Made by a program: the position numbers and the translations under genes. Of a stretch of 20,000 nt of DNA, positions 15,745 to 20,000 are shown in pieces. The DNA is from an uncultured virus (IMG/VR IMGVR_UViG_3300032038_000054) (Duplodnaviria; Heunggongvirae; Uroviricota; Caudoviricetes), in IMG/VR virus record IMGVR_UViG_3300032038_000054; one strand, 5' to 3'. Every line of letters starts with the position of its first letter. Position 1 is the first letter of the stretch. The notes under the pieces are model-generated. The model was not told where the DNA came from, did not search any database, and was given only the letters and a program-made list of their open reading frames with translations.

Positions 15745-16163
15745 TTTTGTGGTACAAAACGTTACCCTAAAAAGTTTTGTGGTACAAAACATTACCCTAA
15801 TTGAGTTTTGTGGTACAAAACCCTTACCTTAAAAAGTTTTGTGGTACAAAATGCAGAGTTTTGTGGTACAAAACTATTTATTTTGTGGTACAAAACTCGA
15901 AACCCGCTCTGGTACTGAGTTATTTTGTGGTACAAAACTATTTCGAGGGGTTTTGTGGTACAAAATTCTAGGGTTTTGGGGTACAAAACTATTACCTTAT
16001 CTGGGTTTTGTGGTACAAAACTCTCTCTTTTCTCTATTTTTAGTATCGGCATATATAGCAAAATGACACTTTTTTAGAGTGTTTTGTGGTACAAAACTCA
16101 GAAAGCCCATAACCACGCGGTTTTATTTTGTGGTACAAAACTATCGGGTTTTGTGGTACAAAA
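15745..16163. repeat. Array of 13 quasi-palindromic 15-mers TTTTGT-GGT-ACAAAA
   Basis: Copies start at 15745, 15775, 15806, 15837, 15859, 15881, 15923, 15951, 15974 (one-base variant), 16006, 16082, 16126 and 16149. All have the same orientation. Confidence 0.95.
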
Positions 16164-16165
16164 CT

Positions 16166-16195
16166 ATTTTATAACCGAATAGGGTATGGTGTCAA
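16166..16195 (-). promoter_or_regulatory. Leftward sigma-A-type promoter
   Basis: TTGACA (16195-16190) with either TATAAA (16-nt spacer) or TAAAAT (18-nt spacer). It fires across the 15-mer array toward the gene starting at 15717. Confidence 0.65.
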
Positions 16196-16356
16196 GTCTT
16201 TTTGGTTTTGAGGGTGGAGAGAGGGGTTATTAGGCACGGAAGAGAGTTCAAAATAAACCCCCATACCACGGGTACTAGCTGTTCTTAATAAAAGTTAACA
16301 AGAAAATCGTTCGTAATCAACAACCCCTACACTCCGCATAAATAGGCGGTTCTCAG

Positions 16357-16388
16357 CACCTTCGTTTAATGGTAATTATACGAAAGTG
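16357..16388. other. loxP/dif-like tyrosine-recombinase target site (putative)
   Basis: CACCTTCGTTTA-ATGGTAAT-TATACGAAAGTG. The arms are 10/12 inverted, and the inner arms match loxP TTCGTATA/TATACGAA at 15/16 positions. Confidence 0.5.
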
Positions 16389-16500
16389 TCTATATTTAAC
16401 ACGAGCGAATATGCGGATTATTCAGTGTTTATGCGGGTTTGCGCGATTTCTTTTTTAGTGTCTCCGCGATTTGTTTTAATTTGCCACCCCACCAATAATT

Positions 16501-16656
16501 TATAAGTCAGTCTTATATTCCAAATAAAATATATAAGTAAATCTTATATTTAAACCTTATATCATATAAGTAAAACTTATACTATTGCATATAATCAGAC
16601 ATATAATCTGTAAAGACATTATTACATAACAGCTATGAATATAATAAAAACTTATA
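16501..16656. repeat. TATAAG-N5-CTTATA palindromes in an AT-rich tract
   Basis: Copies at 16501, 16532 and 16565, a variant (TATAAT-N5-CTTATA) at 16640, and a half site at about 16556. Confidence 0.75.
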
Positions 16657-16714
16657 CTAAGAAACAGCATAAAGAATGATAAGACTGTATATTTATATTG
16701 AGGTATATATAGTA

Positions 16715-17490
16715 ATGGAGATGTGCAACAGAGGGTGGCTCGGACACTTCGTTGTCCGATGCCTTCTCGCCTGCGGCGATTTCAGGGGAGTATCCGAGGG
16801 TCATTGTGTCTCATCTTGAATAGAGCAGAGGAATAGCAAGAAGTGTAAACAGAGAAATAATCAAGTACCCAAACCCACAGGGCTTTATCTTGTGTGAGCG
16901 TCACGACTCGTCTCACGACTCGCTGTTTATAGTACGCAATGCACACATCCGTGTGTGCAAAGCTCAGTAGGCACACCAAGTTCCGACTAAGTGGCTAAGA
17001 TTGTCTGTTACTTCGTGTAACAGCCAATTTTACCCACTAAGTCTCCACATTATAGTATGGGAAAGTTCTAAGGGTCTAAATAACAGCCCCTAAGAACTTT
17101 CGGCAGAACCCGTCAAGGGTGTGGGTTTGAGGTAAACACATTGCTATCGTGCGCCACTACACATCACCGCGCCACGAACCACGTTAAATCCGCACGTTCC
17201 TACGAAACCGAGCCTTTTAAAAGCAAAAAATACTTGTAGGCTCGTTTTCTGACAACGACTCAAACCCCATAAAGTTTTAATAATATTTTTATACAATCTG
17301 TCAATAACAGCTATATCAAAACTAAAGACTGTGCTGACAGATTATACAAAAATATTCCTAAAACTTTACAAGCCCTTGTCTGAACCTGCCAATTCACTAA
17401 CCTTTGCTAAAGCAAAGCTAAGTGAATCCATACACAGCAGAAGGTGTAATTATTGTCAGCTAAATAGCTAAAATCGAAAGGAGATTACAC
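16715..17490 (+). ncRNA. Candidate large structured RNA or long structured leader
   Basis: No credible ORF. More than 10 helices, including long-range nested pairs, and UUCG/UCCG-containing loops on the plus strand. Confidence 0.55.
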
Positions 17491-17491
17491 T

Positions 17492-18403
17492 ATGAAAAAC
17501 TTTAAGGAAATGATTTCAGAAATCACAGCAAACGCAATGGCAGAGATTGAGGTAAACGAAACAATCAATCTTGTAAACGAGGAGCAGAACACTCTTGAGA
17601 AAGCACTTGCACGTCTTGAATCAATGGACACAGACGTTCTTGCAAGAGCTAAAGAAGATGCAAACGCCGTTGACGGTCACACACGCTACTACGATGTAAT
17701 GAGTGGTTATGATTCAAAGTACATGAATCGCAATGATTGGAGAGTTGCAAGAAAGATACGCAACAATTCAGCTTACAACATTCGTAAAGAGAACTACGAA
17801 GCAGAGCAGAAAGCTAAGTTTGAATATGATTTGGTTCAAGCAGGAGTTAAGAAAGCTACAATAGCAAAGATAAAGAAACATAAGAGTTTGCCTAATGCAA
17901 CATATGTAAAGATTGACAAAAAGGTTTACACTAAAGATTATAAGCCTAGCAACAGCTCATTTGAAACAGTAAGAGTTGTTGACTACAAGATATATCACAA
18001 AGCAATCGTTCTTGAGGTTGCATCGGCAGACGCAGAGCGAATCACAGGTTACTTCGACGATATGATTAACGAGTACAATGCAAAGCGTGATGTTTACTTC
18101 GATGTAGATACACGTAACGAATCAACTTATCATGTCGTATTCAGATATGAGCCTTTCGATAGATTCGGTAAGCCGAACAAATACGACGGAATCATGCAGT
18201 TACGTAACTTCTTAAATCAGCAGAAGTTCATAACACAGCAAAAGCCAGTTCGAGTTGGTGAGTATCTCGAAATCCTCAAAGGCAACAAGGTAAACCTTCC
18301 GCTTTCGATGGTTTACAACTACACAGAGAAATCCGATAAACTCACTGTTTATAAGGTTTACGGCAACTTTGAAGAGTTCGACAAGGAGCTTCGCGCTGAA
18401 TAG
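17492..18403 (+). CDS. Hypothetical protein (first early-type gene, 303 aa)
   Basis: RBS GAAAGGAG and its own terminator. No family recognised. Confidence 0.85.
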   Translation: MKNFKEMISEITANAMAEIEVNETINLVNEEQNTLEKALARLESMDTDVLARAKEDANAVDGHTRYYDVMSGYDSKYMNRNDWRVARKIRNNSAYNIRKENYEAEQKAKFEYDLVQAGVKKATIAKIKKHKSLPNATYVKIDKKVYTKDYKPSNSSFETVRVVDYKIYHKAIVLEVASADAERITGYFDDMINEYNAKRDVYFDVDTRNESTYHVVFRYEPFDRFGKPNKYDGIMQLRNFLNQQKFITQQKPVRVGEYLEILKGNKVNLPLSMVYNYTEKSDKLTVYKVYGNFEEFDKELRAE

Positions 18404-18411
18404 TATAAATC

Positions 18412-18442
18412 GCCTAGAGGTTAACAGCCTCTAGGCTTTTTT
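18412..18442 (+). terminator. Rho-independent terminator
   Basis: GCCTAGAGG-TTAACAG-CCTCTAGGC followed by a T-run. Confidence 0.9.
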
Positions 18443-18594
18443 TATGCCAGTTTACCTAGTGTATCGAAAATTAATAATGCTCTTGTGCCACTCCACTCCA
18501 TTTCAGTCAAGAGACGCTTCGCTTCTGCTCTTGACTTCCATTCCGCTACATGGCGAGTAAATGTTGTACTTAATAAAACGAAAGGAGCAAACAA

Positions 18595-18777
18595 ATGGCA
18601 CAAATCGAAATTATATATAACGAAGAAAAGAATACATACAATCTCATAAAAGACGGTGAATGGTACGCCGAGGGAGATTATGAATACATAGAAAAGATGG
18701 TTGAAAATATACGCAAATGCGAAATAGAGGAAGAGGAAGAATGGCATTTTGCAGAGGAGGAAGCATGGGATGAATAA
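18595..18777 (+). CDS. Small highly acidic protein
   Basis: 60 aa with 21 D/E versus 5 K/R. RBS GAAAGGAG. Confidence 0.8.
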   Translation: MAQIEIIYNEEKNTYNLIKDGEWYAEGDYEYIEKMVENIRKCEIEEEEEWHFAEEEAWDE

Positions 18778-18967
18778 GAAAAGAAAACCAGTAAGAATAG
18801 GAATCTTAAGAACAGATGATTTCATAGTAATCAGAATCACAATGTTCAATAAGAGCAAATGGACATGGATAAGGCGTGATGCGATGGAATGCGCTATGTT
18901 CTGCGTGGCAATAACGCTAATAACAATTTTCTTGCTGAAATGTTTATTATTAATAAATCAATGGTAG
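18770..18967 (+). CDS. Small putative membrane protein
   Basis: ATG at 18770 follows GAGGAGG and overlaps the upstream stop. Basic N-terminus and hydrophobic C-terminal stretch. Confidence 0.5.
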   Translation: MNKKRKPVRIGILRTDDFIVIRITMFNKSKWTWIRRDAMECAMFCVAITLITIFLLKCLLLINQW

Positions 18968-18986
18968 AAAGATAGAAAGGAGAGCC

Positions 18987-19166
18987 ATGGCAACTATATA
19001 CACACGTTCAATCAATGGAGTGAAAATCCGCTTCGGAAAGTATTCAGACAATGATTATGTAATCTATGTCGGAAACAGGTTATATGCAGAGATTGACAAC
19101 TTGGCAGACGCAAACAGGGAATATAACAATGTGGATGAACGAGTTGTCAAATATCTGGGTATGTAA
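18987..19166 (+). CDS. Hypothetical protein (59 aa)
   Basis: Not in the ORF track. MATIYTRSINGVKIRFGKYSDNDYVIYVGNRLYAEIDNLADANREYNNVDERVVKYLGM, with RBS AGAAAGGAG. Confidence 0.8.
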   Translation: MATIYTRSINGVKIRFGKYSDNDYVIYVGNRLYAEIDNLADANREYNNVDERVVKYLGM

Positions 19167-19256
19167 CAGCTTCGCTGTGTTAAGGCATACAGGAAGAATA
19201 GTGTCTACGACGCAAAATCGAAAAATAAAAATTCAAAAAAGTGAAGGAGGTAAAAA

Positions 19257-19445
19257 GTGAACATAGTTAACATTCTAAACTTGTATAAGAGATTCTACAA
19301 GGAAACAGAAGTCAAGGTTGAGAATCATAACATGCGGATTATCGACGAAAAGACAGGCTTAAACTACATAGTAGATAAGGAAAGCGATATTCCAAAGATA
19401 TTCTCGACAATAGGCAGGATGAGGACGGATTTAATGATGACATAG
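19257..19445 (+). CDS. Hypothetical protein
   Basis: GTG start after AAGGAGG. Confidence 0.75.
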   Translation: MNIVNILNLYKRFYKETEVKVENHNMRIIDEKTGLNYIVDKESDIPKIFSTIGRMRTDLMMT

Positions 19446-19457
19446 AAAGAAGGTAAT

Positions 19458-19712
19458 ATGGAGGAATTATTCACAACAAAAGGAAAAGATGAAGAATTAA
19501 AAGCAATTTACCAAGACAATAAATTTAAAGTTGTGTTTGTATACCCAGACGGCTCAAGATATGAAGCAGATGAAACAAATGATGTTTCATCTCTGGTTGA
19601 ATCATACAACTTTTGGGGATTGCTTACAGGCTTATTTAACACTCCAATCGAAAGTAGTCAAGTTGAAAAGCACTTGACAACTTCCTCATTACGTGTTGAT
19701 GAGAAGATGTAA
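19458..19712 (+). CDS. Hypothetical protein
   Basis: 84 aa with RBS AAGAAGG. Confidence 0.7.
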   Translation: MEELFTTKGKDEELKAIYQDNKFKVVFVYPDGSRYEADETNDVSSLVESYNFWGLLTGLFNTPIESSQVEKHLTTSSLRVDEKM

Positions 19713-19746
19713 TTTAAAAAAAGAATCAAAAAAGGAGAATAAAAAA

Positions 19747-20000
19747 ATGAAAAACGAAGAAGCAATTATGCAGATGAGAGTAAACCTTATGAGAAATAGA
19801 CAGATTGGAACAACAGGAAGAAAAATGATGTGGCATGATGTGGATGGAAACGAGATTGAGATTGATGAACCCGCTGAAATCCATACATATGCAGGATGGA
19901 AGAAGCTCGGATATCAAGTACCAACAGGAACAAGAGCAAGAATCTTTATTCCTATCTGGAACTCAATTACACTTGGAGACGGTTCAACATCAATGATGCA
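19747..20000 (+). CDS. ArdC-N-like (ssDNA-binding/antirestriction) domain protein, partial
   Basis: Not in the ORF track. MKNEEAIMQMRVNL...HTYAGWKKLGYQVPTGTRARIFIPIW resembles the TY..W..LG.QV.KG.KA motif. RBS AAAGGAG. Runs off the window. Confidence 0.6.
   Translation, partial: MKNEEAIMQMRVNLMRNRQIGTTGRKMMWHDVDGNEIEIDEPAEIHTYAGWKKLGYQVPTGTRARIFIPIWNSITLGDGSTSMM

Noticed and set aside
15718..16066. ORFs 15792-16061, 15839-16066 and the N-terminal extension of 15436-15792
   Set aside because: These are translations of the stop-free repeat (FCTTK, VLYHK, FVVQN units) and have no RBS. The real gene starts at 15717.
15745..16163. CRISPR array or type II-A repeat mimic (GTTTTG-TGGTAC-AAAAC, and TTTTAGAG-TGTTTTG-TGGTAC-AAAAC near 16072, recall the S. 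pyogenes repeat ends)
   Set aside because: The repeat is only 15-17 bp, the spacers are irregular (7-61 nt) and partly similar to each other, and no cas genes are present. The resemblance needs several gaps and may be chance.
15745..16163. TIGR-like guide RNA array
   Set aside because: There is no constant unit length, no alternating edge/loop repeats, and no recognisable Nop-domain protein nearby.
16223..16263. cos site or physical genome end at the GGGGTT...AACCCC inverted repeat
   Set aside because: The match is too short to support from sequence alone and needs read-terminus data.
16715..17490. Group I/II intron or retron ncRNA
   Set aside because: No domain V or P7-type core was recognised, no gene is interrupted, and the adjacent 303-aa protein shows no RT (YxDD in RT context) or homing-endonuclease motifs.
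19066..19260. Track ORF of 64 aa, plus minus-strand ORFs 16782-16979, 18442-18858 and 19726-19917
   Set aside because: They are out of frame with, or antisense to, better RBS-supported genes or the structured region.

Overview
A 20-kb segment of a tailed dsDNA phage (siphovirus-type), probably infecting a low-GC Firmicute, judging by the sigma-A-like promoters and AAGGAG RBSs. Positions 1-12 kb on the minus strand hold a complete morphogenesis operon: terminase small and large subunits, an HU-like protein, SPP1-type portal, minor head protein, scaffold, major capsid, head-tail joining proteins, major tail protein, tail chaperones with a -1 frameshift, and the start of the tape measure. Positions 12-15.7 kb (minus) carry dUTPase, a HEXXH protein, a non-coding RNA cluster and small regulators (RHH proteins, a LexA-type wHTH, a mini P-loop protein). 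Positions 15.7-17.5 kb are a gene-free divergence region, followed by plus-strand early-type genes. The most unusual parts are non-coding. (1) A cluster at 13.2-13.85 kb has one intact tRNA-Gln(UUG), one tRNA lacking its anticodon arm and two acceptor+T-arm minihelices. These are interleaved with hairpin modules complementary to RBS/start-codon sequences, suggesting a tRNA-processed antisense sRNA array. (2) Three separate phased repeat arrays: an 11-bp periodic array, 13 copies of TTTTGTGGTACAAAA, and TATAAG-N5-CTTATA palindromes. (3) A loxP/dif-like site. (4) A roughly 780-nt, heavily base-paired region upstream of the first early gene. All calls were made by eye from motifs and synteny; no database searches or folding programs were run.
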